The notes beneath the pieces were generated by a model. That model was given only the letters and a program-made list of their open reading frames with translations. It did no database searches and was not told where the DNA came from. Made by a program: the position numbers and the translations under genes. Of a stretch of 64,000 bases of DNA, positions 39,990 to 54,926 are shown piece by piece. This DNA comes from Eledone cirrhosa (Eukaryota), in the NCBI GenBank assembly GCA_964016885.1, contig OZ024740.1, positions 312,542,001 to 312,606,000 on the forward strand. The letters run 5' to 3'. Positions within the stretch are counted from its first letter, which is position 1, and the number at the start of each line of letters is the position of its first letter.

Positions 39990-40889
39990 TGTGTGTATTT
40001 TGATTTTTAGCATAAGGACAATGTATCCTTGCACGTCATATGAAGTGACTAAATGGATTGGCATCAGGGAGGATATCCAGCTGTAAAATATTGTTTCAAA
40101 CCATCCTGTCCAACTTATGCCAACATGGAAAAGTGGACGTTAAAACTAATGATGATGCTAAAATGTTAATGATAACGATGATTTTATATATATGTATATA
40201 CAGTGAAATTCGCAGAGTAAAAAAAAATTCATTGTAACGAAAATTTCTTTATATCGACCTAACACATTGAGCATGTGACTGGGGATTGAAAATTTTTTTA
40301 TTATACTGAAAAATTTATTATAATGGTATTTGTTATAACGAAATTTTACCTCTATATATATTTTGAGGTTCTGGTTTATGCAACAACTATCCATTGCCAC
40401 CTTGTTATTGTTGGTAAATTCAAGTGTATGCACAAACAATGGGGGTTTATGTAATGTACCAAGATCTGTGTACTCAATGTGAATATGTTGGTATAGGTTT
40501 TTATAGAGTGCGTAATCTTCCAGATACAACCTGATTATATCGTATATCACTTCATAGGGTTAGCAGTAATCAGAGGATGATGGAAGTATTACAAAAGCGG
40601 TGGAGTTTTTATTTTTTTAAATTGCATTTATTTGTCTTATACATGTTTCATTGTATCTGTTGTGTAACGACCTCTATATCAGACTAGAACAGAAATGTAA
40701 AGCTGTTTGATTTCCATGCACTGGATAGTAATTTGCTTATTTGATTACAGCTAATCGGAGAAGGATTCATAGAATGAAAATGTCATTAAATCTCTGATTA
40801 TTTGTTTATTTGGACTTGGGTAAACTTGTTGATGGGTTTGATGGCAGATTGATATAGATCAATCATAGTGCTAGATTTAGTTTAATTTA

Positions 40890-41195
40890 TAGCGAAGAAG
40901 TTGAACTGAGGGAGAAACTGGGATTCAGAGGAATCCGAGGTGGTATGCAGGAGAGAAGACTGCATTGGAAGGGACATGTGATGCGCTGGGCGAAGAAGTG
41001 CCAGGAAATCGCAGTAGGAAGCCACAGTAGAGGTAAACCAATGAAGTCAGGGAGGGGGTGCTGAGAGCTAATCTCTAATTGCTGAGATTCACAAAGGAGA
41101 TGGGGAAGGAACTCGATGAGTGGAGAGATTTTGTGCTGAAAGGGACCCATCCAGCCCATGCAAGCTTGGAAAAATGGACGTCAAAATGATGATGA
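40890..41195 (+). mobile_element. Old RTE 3' fragment (short-UTR family)
   Basis: ELREKLGFRGIR...QERRLHW, then the tail directly after the coding end. Confidence 0.7.
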
Positions 41196-42441
41196 ATTAT
41201 GGACAGTATGTTGACAAATCAAAATTTGACATCCTCTTGAGATTTGTTTCCATGGTAGTGGGGACGGGGTGTTTCATATTCCCTTATGATAAGCTTATTA
41301 TTTATATTTATAACCTAGAGACAGTTGCAGTCTTTTTTATCTATCTCCCACCCCCATGTTTCATCTGTATTTGGAGTTTAATTACTATTGGTACCAAGAA
41401 TTCATTTGTACATTTAACGAATAGATTCCTAAGTACTTATTTGGAATTTATAAGTGGTTGCAGAGCCAAATCTTGTGAGATCAAAATTACAGGTCAAATG
41501 CTTCTTTATTGTTTTATAGGTAATGAATTTAAGAACTAACGTGTTACAGATAATTTTTTGAATGATACTTTGGTAAAATATGTTGCAGAGTAGATACATA
41601 TTTTAGAATTACTATTTATGAGTATATATATTTGTGTTCCTATTTTTGATGTGGTGTTGGGTGGCTTCCCTGTAGAAGCTACTGAGTTATATTGCAAATT
41701 AGAGGGTTAATATTCCAAACAATGTTGATGGTGTTTCCAGATTTGCTTATTAATATTTTTATTTTCTATATTTTAGTTTTTTTTAATTGTAATTAGCTAG
41801 TTAGTTGAAATTATTTTTTATTTTTTAGGGTTGGTGATTAGTAGGTTAGTATTAGTTGTGTTGATTGAGTTTTAATTATAGCTATTGTATTTTGGTGCTG
41901 TGAGTTTATTAATTATTTTCAATATGTAGAGTTAGGGTTGTCTGAAGTTATATATTCCTGTTTATTTCACTAACTCAATTATTATTTTGTTTTATCTAGG
42001 GAGGTTTTAATTATTTTGTGAGGGTAGCTTGCAGGTCTGGTTTCCAGGCGGTTTAGGTATTCCTGTTTTTCTTAATAAGGTTACTGATTTTTTTTTGTAT
42101 CTAGAGAACATTCTAAGTATTTTATCTAGTCTCTCCTATGGGTCATGATTTCTAACACATCAACTGAACATAGGTCACATTCTCTGCATTCACCTTGGTA
42201 GGATTTAGCTGATCTTACGATATTTTAGGGTTTAGCTGATCTTATGATATTTTATATTCCGTGTTTTTCAAGTCGCACGCTTTCTTTGCCTGGGCAGTGG
42301 TGTTGAACAGGCTTGCACTTTTGAATGAATGGGTGTGCACATAGAGGTGTTCCTTGAATGAGTTGGCTGTCAAACCTATATAATTATATTTTCTTCTCCA
42401 GGGAAGGTTATCTTACAATTATATATAATGGCTTCTTATAT

Positions 42442-42560
42442 AGGCACAAGGCCAGCAATTTTGGGGGAGGGGAAAGGCGATTAAATCGGTCCCAGTATGT
42501 GGCTGGTACTTTATTTTATCGACCCCGTAAGGATGAAAGGCAAAGTTAACCTCGGCGTGT
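42442..42560 (-). mobile_element. Deu/Nin-like SINE fragment
   Basis: CTGGTACTTTATTTTATCGACCCC...GATGAAAGGCAAAG. Confidence 0.7.
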
Positions 42561-44736
42561 TGTATAAGCACTTACCCTCCAGGGTGCAGTTCTCGGTTAC
42601 CTGAAGTTACAGTTTCTTATGTCATGCTCCTGCTAGATTTTTTTTATTGTATATGGATGGTTCACAGAGGGGGTTGCATGAATGTACCAATATTTGGTGG
42701 GATCAGATTATTGATGTTGTGGCAGTTGTTGCTTTTGTCACAGGATGTAAGGGAACCCAAGCAATAACACGGAGTATCAAATATCACGGTCGATAATAAG
42801 ATTAATGATAGACTTACATTTGAACAGGTTTTAGTTCAAAATATTAAGCTGTGCAGTTATCACTACTGTTTACATTAACAGACTGCTGGCTGTCTTTATT
42901 AGATTTTCTTTATTAACACACACCTTACAACCTTCATATATTGTAGTCCATTACCATCCTTTAATCGATATAGTCATGTATCAACAATATCTTATCATCT
43001 TTACCTCCCCATGGTTTCATCATCGTTATTTTATGTCTGTTGTCCATGCTGGTATTGGTTGTACAGATTGTTATGATACAGGTCAGTTCATACTTGGTGT
43101 TACTGCCCACCTTGGCAGGGTGATTGGGTAAGTGAGTGGGTGGGAATCATATCATGTTTGTATGTTCCAATTTAATATGGGTTCTAAAGTTGGATGTTTT
43201 TCCTAATACCAACTGTTTTACTGAGTGTACTAAAGAGGCTACTATGTCCCAACCATGGTTAAAGAGTCCTTTCTACTTTATACTGTCTCTTATCAACCAT
43301 TTTACAGAGTATACTAAGTGCATTTTATAATGACACTAATGCTAGAGCAGTTATTTTGCCCATGGCATAGCTAAAGAGACTTCTCTCATCTATACAGTTG
43401 CCATTCTTTCATGGTAAACATGGCTGAGGGGGTGATTTGAATGGGAATTATGACCAAGAGTTGAAAGAGGATGATTTATATGTGAAAGGAGGAAAACAGA
43501 TTGCTAGGATGGTAGAAGGGAAAGTGACATTGGTAGCGGCAGAAGGTTGCCTTCTCTGTTAGTCTACCTCTGTTCCCACTACACCTATTGTGCATCTATT
43601 GGACACACTGGTTACATCAAATAGAGTTTATACCTACTCTTTTCCTGCATCTTGAGGACAGTAATTTCTTTGATGGTAGTAGGGCCATGCCTTTTTTAAA
43701 CTTTAGTCTCTGTGAGATTTACTTTGAGGCCCTTTTAGTCCAGGTTTTGCTTCTATGTCTGGAATTTCTTCTTTAATTCTATAGATTCTATAGGTAAGGT
43801 TAAATTATAAGCATACTGGAATTTCCACAGAAAATTGGTTTAAAATTCTTCTGATGTGGTTTGAGGACACCTACCTGCATGCTAAAATTGTTGCTGTACT
43901 CATTTCTGACTCTCATCTTGCTGGCTGGGTCTTTGTACATGACTTTTACAGCCCTCACAAGTCATTCACCTATTCCTAGCTTCCTTTACTTTTGTCGCTG
44001 ACCAATCGACTATGAAACTGGTTGTACTGGGTTACATGGTACCAGTAACAGGCAGAAGCCTGACCTGATCAGACCAGACTAGTGTCCGACCATGTAGCAG
44101 GGTTTGTTGAGTTACATGGTACTAGTAGCAGGCAGAAGCCTGATCCGGCACTGGATCTTATCTAGGCCAATTCTGTCCTTAATTAGTTGTGCTGTAACCC
44201 CTTCTGTAATGTTCTTAGCAGTAAGTAACCATGGTAGTCAACGACAATGAAAGTAATGATTATCTTTTTGTATATTTATTCAGCCACTGAGGGTAGTTTT
44301 AAGCAATCTTTATTTATACAAACAAAATGTAAAAAGGGTTTACAAAGAAAACATGACTGGGATGAGAGAAGCAAGCTGAGATGTGAAGGATGCTCTACAA
44401 TGAATGGGAGGTCAAGTTTAAAACACTTATGAATATAACATACAAATAATGCAATATAATATTACACATCATGTATCTGTGTATGTATATGTAATTATTT
44501 TCTGAGCATAACTTTTTATGAAATCTTTCTCCTGCTGTCTACTTTTCTCTTTTTTTAATTTTTTTCACTTATATTATTTTATTAACAAATCTCCTCCTCC
44601 TGTTCCTCACAAATTCTCTGCGGTTGTGCAGAGAGAGAGGGGGTAGGAGGCAGGAGAGAGAGAGAGAGAAAGCAGCAGCAGCAGTTTATTTAAAATTTGA
44701 ATCAGCATTACATCAACTTTCTTGCTCTTAGAACAG

Positions 44737-45102
44737 TCATCATCATCATCAACTTTTGATGCCCACTTTTCCATGCTTGCATGGGTTGGATGGGTCTTCC
44801 CCAGTATAGCCTTCCTCCATTTGCATGTTTTCATCATAAAATCAGCTTTCACCACTTCTGCCTCAGGCTTTTTTGTTCTTCCTTTGCAGCTTCCTTCTAC
44901 TGGGATATCTTGGCACTTCTTCATTCAGTGATTATTATCCATACACATGTCCATACCAGCACAGTCTTCTCTCTTGACACTACATCAAATTTCTCTTGAA
45001 CCCACTTTTTCTTTCAGCTCATCCATGCTTTGTTCTTCATGCACACTAACATATCCACTGGAGCATTTTCATTTCATTTCTCTCCAGCTTTTACATATCC
45101 TC
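44737..45102 (-). mobile_element. Old RTE 3' fragment
   Basis: (ATC)n tail, then reverse complement of the RT C-terminus. Confidence 0.7.
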
Positions 45103-45104
45103 TT

Positions 45105-47100
45105 CATTCACTGACCATATCATAGAGAGACCTGGTCAGCACTGTGCACATCTGCCCCTTCTTGACTATGCATTTGATGACAACCACCAAACCCCTAGCC
45201 AGCACCTTGGCCAAAATCTTAAACTCTATGTTGGGTAGAGTTATGGGCTGGAAATGTTTAATTATGCCTCCCTTGTTCATGTTTTTCCTTGTCAGCGTTA
45301 CCACTTTCTGACTCACAGAATTGGAAATTCTCCTGTAAGCTTGTAGAGCAGATCATGGAAACTGAGTGATCTGCACCTCATACCTCTTACAACCATTCAT
45401 ATTTCAGCTGCTGTTATTGACTTTTCGTAGCACCCCACAGTCTCCCCTGTTAACAGTAAACGGCAAGACATAACAAGATAAGCTTCTAGATACTTGAAGA
45501 AATTTTCTTCTGCTCACATCCAGGGCCACCAGTTTACCATCCGAGTCCAAGATGTTCATCCATACCTTGAGATCCAGGCCTTTCCAAAATAACACTACCA
45601 TTCCATTGTCCATTCCAAACTGACTATGAGTGTGTATCACAAACCCTGATCTTGCTAATGGCAGTCACATCTATAGCTATTGACCTGAGGTTGTTGAGCA
45701 AGCAACCTTGCTTCCAGGCTGGCCCCAGGATACATGCATTTATGCATTCAACTCTAATAGCTGCCATGTTGGTAGAAAAGAGCGAGGAGAAAAAGTGGTC
45801 ACTTACCTTCCTGGTGCTGTTGGAGATCAGGTGTTTTTCTCCCATGTCCATTTGGGTTTCTTTTGGGGAAACTCAACTGGTGACCATGATATTAGAGTTC
45901 CCAATGTCATGAAAGAAATGTTCCATCATTGATTTATAGGTTGCAGTGTGTAATCTTATTATTTTACTTTGAAAGTGCTAGGTTTGAAAATCTCTTCCTG
46001 TTTCGGTGTCTTTCCTGTTTTCTATGAAATACACCAGTTCTTTGTTACTGTTTCTTACTAGCTCAAAGTTTGGTGTGGATGTTTTTTGTTATTGTGTTTG
46101 CTGGTGTTGTTCTTGTGTGTTTTCTTGGTGGTGGATTTAGTGTTATTGCAGATATATCTGTGGTGAGGGTGTAGTTTTGGTGATAGTGCTGTGAATGAGT
46201 GTTGGGTTAAGAGAAAAATGTGTCTTTTAACATTTTTTTAATGTATTTTTTTTTATTGATTTTTGTGGTTCCCTTTTCTCCTCACCGAGATTGAGGTTTG
46301 TGTGTCAGAAAAATCAAAATGAAATGGGGTTAGGGTACTTTTGTATATGTATCTTCTATGTATGTGTTTGTGTGTGAAAGAGGGAGAAAGAGAGGGGTGG
46401 GGGAGAGCTGTATTGGAGGTTAGGGTGGTTTTGCTGTTAATTTTTTTTTTAATGATGTTGCTGCTACAGTTGTTGGCATTGTTGCTACTGCCTCTGTTGT
46501 TGTTAGTGGTGGCTGATTCTCTCCCATTTTTTGGTTTGTTGTCCCACATAGATGGTATTTCGATTTTCTGCCCACCACATACGCATATGTTGTATAGCTC
46601 CACTCCATTTGGCATGTGAATAAAACCTATGCATTTTTCTAGGTTCTCCAGCTTGCCCTGAAGCAGGATCTTTAAGCTGATCTTGCACTATTTCTTCCAC
46701 ATAGTCCTCTTCACATTCAGGAGAGTGTTGGCTTCTTTGAGAACAGTGCAGACCAAAATCCACCAGATGTTTAAATCTAGTGAGACACCTGGTATTCTTA
46801 GCCTGACTGTCCTCCTTGAAAGATATGTAGGGAAGAGGACAAATGCCTTGTTGTGATGGGGAACCATTGAGTGTCGTCACATGAGGACATCGGACATCCG
46901 ACTATATTTATTTTAAAACTTTCTGTACTTGAGCATTTGAAACTATTTCTGGTGTCTCAGCACTGACATACAGTAGTATGAAACTGCATTGTTTTTCTTT
47001 TGCAGTTTCTGACATTAGCTCAAGTGGCAGTATTACTATAGCCTTGACAACTTCCTTAATCTGGGCCAATTTAGCATCTTTGTTGGCAAGAGATAGTGGA
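45105..47100 (-). mobile_element. Heavily degraded L1/Tx1-type LINE (ORF1, endonuclease and RT remnants)
   Basis: VVTLTRK...FQPITLPNIEFKILAKVLARGL (L1/Tx1 RT start) and IRVECINAC...IDVTAISKIR (APE N-terminus-like). The upstream boundary is uncertain. Confidence 0.6.
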
Positions 47101-47769
47101 TATCATTTTGTTTTTTATTCTGAACACCTGTAATGACTGAAAAAAAAGATGTTTTGGTTGTCTTGCTGTTTCTGTCAGCTGCTGATGCTGTTATCATTTT
47201 TGTTGTTTATGTTGTTATTTCTGTCAGTGATAATGTTGTTATTTTCATTGCTATTTTTGTTATTGTGGTGGTGGTGGTGGTGGTAGTGGTGTCAGTGATA
47301 TTGTTTTCATTGGTATTTATCAAATGTAAATTTTCTTATGTCTGCAAAAAAGAAAACTTCATTTTGTCTTTATTTTTTATTTTTGCTAGTGTTAGTTTTT
47401 GTTGTTGTTTTGCCAGTGGTGGTGGTGATGGAAGTGATAGTGGTGTTGTTGGTAGTGGTAGTGACAGTCACTGCCAGTGCTGAGTAATAGCTGCTATTAA
47501 GGGAGAAAAAGAAAGGCAAATCCAGTGACAACTCTCCTCCCTTTTCTCTATGTTGTTCATTTTACATCACCAAATTTGATGCCATTTTGAAAAAGAAATT
47601 TCTCTGAAAAATTGCTCCTTAGGTCCAGAAATTGTTTCTTTCATAAACAAAAGTATTTGAATTCATTCAAAGAAAAGAAAACATATCAGAGACAGGTAAC
47701 AAATGATACACATATAATGTAAACAAATGCCAATAATAATAATAATTTATCTCTAAAAGAAATGGAAAA

Positions 47770-48118
47770 ATTGGTGACACAACAAAAAGCAGCCAGCCCA
47801 CCCAGTAAGGTGGCCATGCTGATGACACGACAAAAATACCCAGACCACTCTGTAAGGTGGTCATTTTGGCGACACGACAAAATGCACCTAGTCCACCCTG
47901 TTAGATGATCGTTTTGGTGTCACAATAAAAAGCACCCAGTCCACACTGTAACGTGGTTAATGTTAGGGAGGACATCCATCTTTAGAAACCAACCCATAAT
48001 ATAGATCCACATTAGCATGTTGGTCTTTGGTCCTGACTTGTCTCATAACTTGACAACCTGTCTAACCCATGCAAGCATGGGAAAATGAACGTTAAACAAT
48101 GATGATGATGATGATGAT
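47770..48118 (+). mobile_element. RTE/SINE 3' UTR fragment with internal repeats and a (GAT)n tail
   Basis: Several CCCAG.CCACACTGTAA-like units, then CCCATGCAAGCATGG-(GAT)n. Confidence 0.65.
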
Positions 48119-48139
48119 CCTTGTATTACTCATGTAACT

Positions 48140-49070
48140 GCCTCACAATAAAAATAGCACCAGTCATTCTTCCCTGCATAAATCCAAGACAATGATTCAT
48201 CTGATGTGTATATAAAAGGTTTGTTGTCTTCTTTCTGAAATTGGATGTTACAGATTGACATCTCTGCTCTATCAACAAACTCCAAAATAGTTCCTACACT
48301 CTTTATTCTTCACACCATACTCATAGTCCCCATGGACTCTCTCAAAACCATCCATTCTTCTTCCCACATGTCTATTCCTACCATGATAACTTCCTTGACT
48401 TTCATGTTTTCAATAATCTTCTCTATTACACACCAAAACATGTCTTTCTCTTCAACACTGACCTGCCTATGGGGTATAACCTGAGATGATATCCACTGAG
48501 AACTTACCAGTCACCAGTTTCACCATTAATCAACTGTTCACTCACTCTAGTAACACTCACTACACTCTACAAACTCTACACAACAGCAACACCAGGTACA
48601 CTCTAGTAACAGCACAATGTCTACAAATTATACATGACACCAACACCATGTACACTCCAGTAACACTCACCATACTCTACAGAATACATGACACCAATAC
48701 CATGTACACCTTCTAGACACCCATGCCACACAAACTTGTACTTCTGTTTTCCCCTCATGTTTCTTACATCACTTCCTTTCCTTCTTGTCTCCTGCACACA
48801 ACATATGTCCACTCTTCTTCTATTCAGTATATCCACCACTCCCTTCAATCTCCCTGACAATTTCCCTATATTCCATGTCCCAAACCTCATATACTGGTCT
48901 CCACAAGGAACATTAGGCACTTGGCCATCATAAATAGATTGAACTCCTGCTTTGGTTCTCCACCTTGTGTTTTGATGAGAGTAGGTAGGTAGGGACCTCC
49001 ACAAAGTACTTCAGACTGTTCCCTGCCCAGATGTTATACTCATCAGGAAGTCCTTTTTTTATGGCAGTTT
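48140..49070 (-). mobile_element. RTE LINE 5' part: APE endonuclease N-terminus
   Basis: MRFGTWNIGKLSGR...RRRVDICCVQETR (TWN and QET endonuclease motifs), with a local tandem duplication at about 48530-48720. Confidence 0.85.
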
Positions 49071-49483
49071 TATGACTGGATATGCTTTCTGGTGCCTCTT
49101 ATGACATGCAGAAATGTAGTAAGATCATTGAAAAACAATAATTATTATTATTTGGTTAATTTAATTTTACTTGTGAGAGTGGTATTGTAGATTAAATCAT
49201 TTCACTTTCTGATTTTGGTTCTCTGAAGCCATCTGACCGAAAGACATAGTTGACTTGGTTGTTTTCAATTTAGACATGTAGGGCACCAAAATACTTTAAA
49301 ATAGAACCTAAAGTTGCAATAATTTCTCTTTTCTAAACCTCCTACCCATTTGAAGTGTTGTTTTATGTATAGACAACTATCCAGCTTTTTATACACATGC
49401 AGGCACATGTAAACATACAGGGAGACTCGTGTGTGTGTGTGTACATAAATATATATTCACATACACTCTCACTTATGTACACT

Positions 49484-49552
<69 letters not shown>

Positions 49553-52265
49553 GCTCATGTACACACATATCTGTTACTGTTCATTGTATTTCACAAACTA
49601 AATGTTGTGATGGAGGAAAAGATAGAATAACAACAACAACAATTATAAGTGAAAATAGTAGAAAGGTTGCTAAAACTGTTGATAACAGACACCTTTTTGT
49701 ATTTGTGCAAGAAAAAAATACGAAATCGTTGAAGAAAAATGAGTGAGTTTGGCTGCTGTGTCTACCTTCTCAAACTTTTGTACATTTATATATCTTGTTA
49801 GTGTGTTTATTTAGCTTTGGTTTGTGTTGATGGGGTTAGGGGATGGACGGTTTTTTCAGTTTTGGTTGTCAAACCCCACTGCACAAGTGGGCTGGGTGGG
49901 AAGTAATTTAGTTGAAAGCTGAGAACATCACTGGGGGTGTACTGTTAGCTGAAACTACTGCATTAGTTGTGAATATGGTGGCGGTGGTAGTTATGTGGAA
50001 TGTATGTGTGGGTAGGATCTATTTTAGATGGCTTGAAGTGGTAGAGAGGGAGGAGGAAGTGGTGGAGCAATGAAGAAAAAGCTTGTTGTTGAAGGATGCA
50101 GCTTCTAGTTCTATGTTGAATTAGCCACTTACAGCCATAATAAGATTGTTAGCTGCTGTTTTGAAATGTTTATCCCCACCCCGTCCTGTTACATTCACCC
50201 TTGGGTTACTCTTGGGTTGTATACGTGTAATCTAACATGTAATGTTCTGCACAGAGTGTATGAGAATGTGTGACTGGAAGATGGGTACAGTACAGGTAGA
50301 TGTATTTAATTTAATGTCATAATGTCAACCAAGAGGTAAGCAGTTCATTTCAACAACATAGTAAAACTTTATCCATTTAACGATACATTTTCTTTCTTCT
50401 GTTTGTTTTCTTTATATTTTTTTCTGTGTTGGAATGGGCTGGATTGAGTTGTCCTATTCAGAACTGAAGTACCAATGACCTACAGCTGCAGTACATGCTT
50501 TGTTCTAGTGTAGAACTAATCCTGCTCTATATTCTACCATGGAGTGTTTAGTTGTATGAGAGTGCAATGTAACAAGTTAGAAGATTTTTTTGTATATTCA
50601 GTTTGCTACCAAACCTTTTTTCTTCTATACCTTGGATTAATGATTGACACTTGTGCATTCTTTTACATATTTAATTTATTTGTGCTAGTCAGGTACACAC
50701 ATATTCCAACTTTTAACCGTTTCTATAATTTAATTTTGACGAACTTGTGAATTAAAGTTTAGTTGTTGTTTTTTTCCATTGTTCATTATTGGTCCATTAT
50801 CCACTTTTATTTATGTTGGCATATGTTGGATGTGTACCACAATAGTTTATTAACACACACATATATTTATGTGATATTTCACTATGTCATCAGTGAAACT
50901 TTTCTAATGTTGACATATTTATGTTAACTTTTGTACAACTGTGTACAACAATGGTTTATTAACATTTATATATTTATTTATATCCTGTGATATCTCACTG
51001 TCTCGCCAGTGTAACTTTTCTAATGTTTACATATTTTGTTCCGTTGTGTAGTTGGATAATCTAGATGGTTTTATGAAGTTAAGGTAGTTGATGTTTAATT
51101 TGAATTGTAAGTTGATAGAGAAATAATTGCAAACAGGATAGGAATTTCAGAGGAGTATCATTGGTCATATTAGTGAGTATAAGGACTGGATGGTCATATT
51201 AGTATCAGGACTGGATGGTCATATTAGTGACTATAAGGACTGGAAGAAACAATACAATGAGTATGGTGGGAAGAAGATTAGAAATTGATACAGAATTTAT
51301 ACATTCTATAGAGTAATGTTTCAAAAAAGCTTTGTGCCATTCTTAATATTTTTAGATTCTTTACTACCTCTAGTATTTACTTACTACCAGTGATAAACAT
51401 ACCTGTCAACTTGCAGGTCATGTCATAAGGGGCCATGAACCTGCTAGAAAACTTTTACTATGGGAGCCCACTAATCTAAAACACAAATGCAGAAGACCTC
51501 TCAGGTCATTAAAGAGCATTGTTTAGGAAGATACAGAACTATCTGGTGAAGAACTGAAGCAGTTTGATCGCGTGAGATGGAAAGGTTTTATCATGTCACC
51601 ACAAAGAAGTGGATGAATTTAGTAGTAGTAAACACTGGTGATGTTGTTTTACATAAAACCTCAGTTTTAGTAGATTAATGAAAGAGAATTACCAGACCAT
51701 GTTCAAACCACCAAGATAGAAAGCTGTTCACTGGACACAACTGAAAATAGAATGACTCTTAATAAAATACCAACAATATTAATATTGCATTGGACACTGT
51801 AGAACTGTTTTATTAATTCTTTTATTGTCCCAACATTCGGGTGTTTACCATAGAATTGTATTCTCTTCCATAGTGTGCTGAAAAACACTTTAAATTATAG
51901 ATAAGTTGTCAGTAAAGCTATACAGGTAAACAGCTATTCAGTACCTACTATAGAAAGCCAGAAACTGATTGGCTTTCTCAGCTGAAAAGTTTGGCTAAAT
52001 GCCACACTTCTTGCCTACATAACAACTATGGGATTTTCATTGCCGGGAAGTATTTTTATAGACAATTTTACTGCTAACCTCTTAGGTTTATATAGACAAA
52101 GATATTAAAAGTTGGTACACAATAATATTTGTGTGTGTATGTGTGTATGTACACACATGTAAAATAAAAAATTGTTTCTGTCGTTAACCATCCTACCACC
52201 ATCCACCTTATTCCACAAACTGCACTGTACATATACACTAAGGGAGGAAAGTTACTATTTGAAAT

Positions 52266-52464
52266 TAGGATGTTGGTTGAAAAGTTCATAGGCTGATCAA
52301 GATACTCTCATGGAATGACCAAATGAGGTTTATTTTTCAATATAGTCCTTGGAAATAAACTATGCATTTATTAATATAAAGAGTTTAAATAAATGCATGC
52401 CAGATTTCAATGCTCTAGCATCAATTCTTTATAGCCAGCCTATGAAATTTTCAGTTGACCCTTG
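52266..52464. mobile_element. Tc1/mariner-like MITE
   Basis: TTGAAAAGTTCATAGGCTG / CAGCCTATGAAATTTTCA TIRs; same family as 61812. Confidence 0.7.
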
Positions 52465-52934
52465 TTAGCCCTTTTAATTTAAGTCTAACTGCCTTGTTAG
52501 CTACCTACTTGGTATTTCTAGTATCTTGCTTTGATATTCATGAAAATATTTATATTCTATGGGTTCACTCTATATATTCAGATCTGATTGCCCAAAATTA
52601 GAATTATTATCAGAAATGCCTGACACTCTGAGTACTTTTATCTGAAGATAATGGTAACCAACAGTGATATGGCAGCAGAGTGATAACAAACTAATGTTTA
52701 TCAGTAGTGTAGAGAGGGAGAAGAACTAAGTAGCAATGTGCAGTGACATTAAACCGCTAGCATACAGTATATGTTGGTATACTGAATACATGCATATGTG
52801 ATAAGGAAGAGATAATTATCAATTCACATCTAATGTTGAATTTTTTCTTTTTAATTTGTCAGAATTTAGAGACACAACTTATATTTTTTTGGCCTACCTT
52901 TTTCCATTTCAGGTAACTAAATAAGATCAATATG

Positions 52935-53138
52935 GTTAATAAAGTAGTGTAGTTAATATGAAGTATTGTGAGAAATTATAGAGTAGTGTAGTTAATATGA
53001 AGTATTGTGAGAAATTATAGAGTAGTATAGTTACTATGAAGTATTGTGAGATATTATAGAGTAGTGTAGTTAATATAAAACATTGTGAGATATTATAGAG
53101 TAGTGTAGTTAATATAAAGCATTGTGAGATATTATAAC
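52935..53138. repeat. 39-bp minisatellite, left part (~5 more diverged units)
   Basis: GTAGTTA(A/C)TAT(G/A)AAG(T/C)ATTGTGAGA(T/A)ATTATAGAGTAGT units. Confidence 0.9.
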
Positions 53139-54926
53139 AAGATCTGGAGAAAGCTTTTGACAGAGTGCCCCATGACATAATTTTGTGGGCTCTTAGAAAA
53201 CTAGGAGTAGATGAGTGGCTTGTGAAGGCTGTACAAGCCATGTATATAGGAGCAGTCAGCAAGGTCAGGATTAACAATGACTATAGCGAGGAATTTAGGG
53301 TACAAGTTGGCATCCACCAGGGCTCTGTCCTTAGCCCGCTCCTGTTTATTATCGTTTTGCAGGCTATAGCAGAGGAGTTTAAGACCAGCTGCCCATGAAA
53401 ACTTCTGTATGCGGATGATGTTACGCTCAAAGCTGAATCCATGGTGGAACTAGAGAAGAAATTCCAAACATGGAAGCAAGGCCTAGAAAGAAGGGGTCAT
53501 AAAGTCAACCTGGCAAAGACTAGGGTCCTAGTAAGTAGAAGAGAAAACAGAACCCAGATCCTCTCAGGGAAATGGCCTTGTCCAGTATGTAGGAAAGGTG
53601 TTGGTAGAAATTCCATCTTCTGTCCCATATGCAAAATGTGGGTACACAAGAGATGTAGTGGGATCTCAGGAAGTTTTGTTAAGAATGTAGGCTTTCATCA
53701 TCATCATCATTTCATTTTACGCCCGCCTTTCCCTGCTTGCAAGGGTGGGACGGGAACTGATTCTGGCTTGATTTCTACAGCTGGATGCCCTTCCTAACAC
53801 CAACCTCATTTACAGTGAGTGCTGGGTGCTTTTTTTTTGCAGTGGAATGATAGGGACCCCAGTCCCTATCATCTCATTTCTACAGCTAAGTAAACTGGAG
53901 CAATGTGAAATAAAGTGTCTTGCTCAAGGAAACAACACATCACCCGGTCTGAGAATTGAACTCACAACCTTTCGATTGCAAGGCTAATGCTCTAACCACT
54001 AAGCCATGTGCTTTACATGTAGCAATTGCACTGGAACAGTAAGCAACAAATGACTGCAGGAAACAAGCGCTACCAAATTCTCAGAGGCAGTGGTAGGTGT
54101 TCTGAAAGTACAGTAGCCAGAGTAAGAACGGGATGGAGGAAGTTCAGGGAGCTACTATCACTGCTGACTACAAAAGGTTTCTCCCTCAGAATGAAAGGCA
54201 GACAGTATGATGCGTGCGTATGTACAGCTATGTTGCATAGTAGGGACAATTGGGCGCTGCATGCAGAAGACTTGTGTAGATTGGAAAGAAATGAAGCCTG
54301 CATGCTCCGATGGATGTGTAATAGTAATATGCAACAATGGCGACACATAAATGAACTGAGAAAGAAACTAGGCATAAGAGGAATCAAGTGCTGTGTGCAG
54401 GAGAGGAGATTGTGTTGGTATGGATATGTGTTGCGTATGAAGGATGACAGCTGCATAAAAAAGTGCAGAGCGCTCAGTCGTTGGAAGCCTTGGAGTGGGG
54501 AGACCCAGGAAGACCTGGGATGAGGTGATAAAAGCCAACCTTGCCCAATTGCACTTCTCAAAGGAGATGATACATGGCCGGGATCTCTGGCAACATGCAG
54601 TAACACAGAAGACCTGACTCCCTACGAGCACTAGCTGAAGCATACGTACAGTATTCCCCACCACCCGAGCCCACACAAGATGTATAAAAGACACGGCAAA
54701 ATGCACCCGGCCCACACTGTAAAGTGGACTTATAAAAGACACGACAAAAAGCACCCAACACATACTGTCAATGTGGTTGGTGTTAGGAAGGGCATCCAGC
54801 CATAGAAAACCAGCCAGAAACACCCCTACATGAGCGAGACATGGTCACCTGACCCAACTTGCCTCTAAATGAGAGCCGTCTAACCCATGCTAGCGTGGAA
54901 GATAGATGTTAATCGATGATGATGAT
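53139..54926 (+). mobile_element. 5'-truncated RTE LINE inserted in the 39-bp array
   Basis: DLEKAFDRVP, GIHQGSVLSPLLF, LYADD, RNEACMLRWMC, then 3' UTR and (GAT)n; contains stops. Confidence 0.93.
53696..54011 (-). mobile_element. tRNA-derived SINE nested in the LINE
   Basis: Same family as 24767. LINE sequence resumes after it (GCTTT...GCTTTACATG). Confidence 0.9.
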
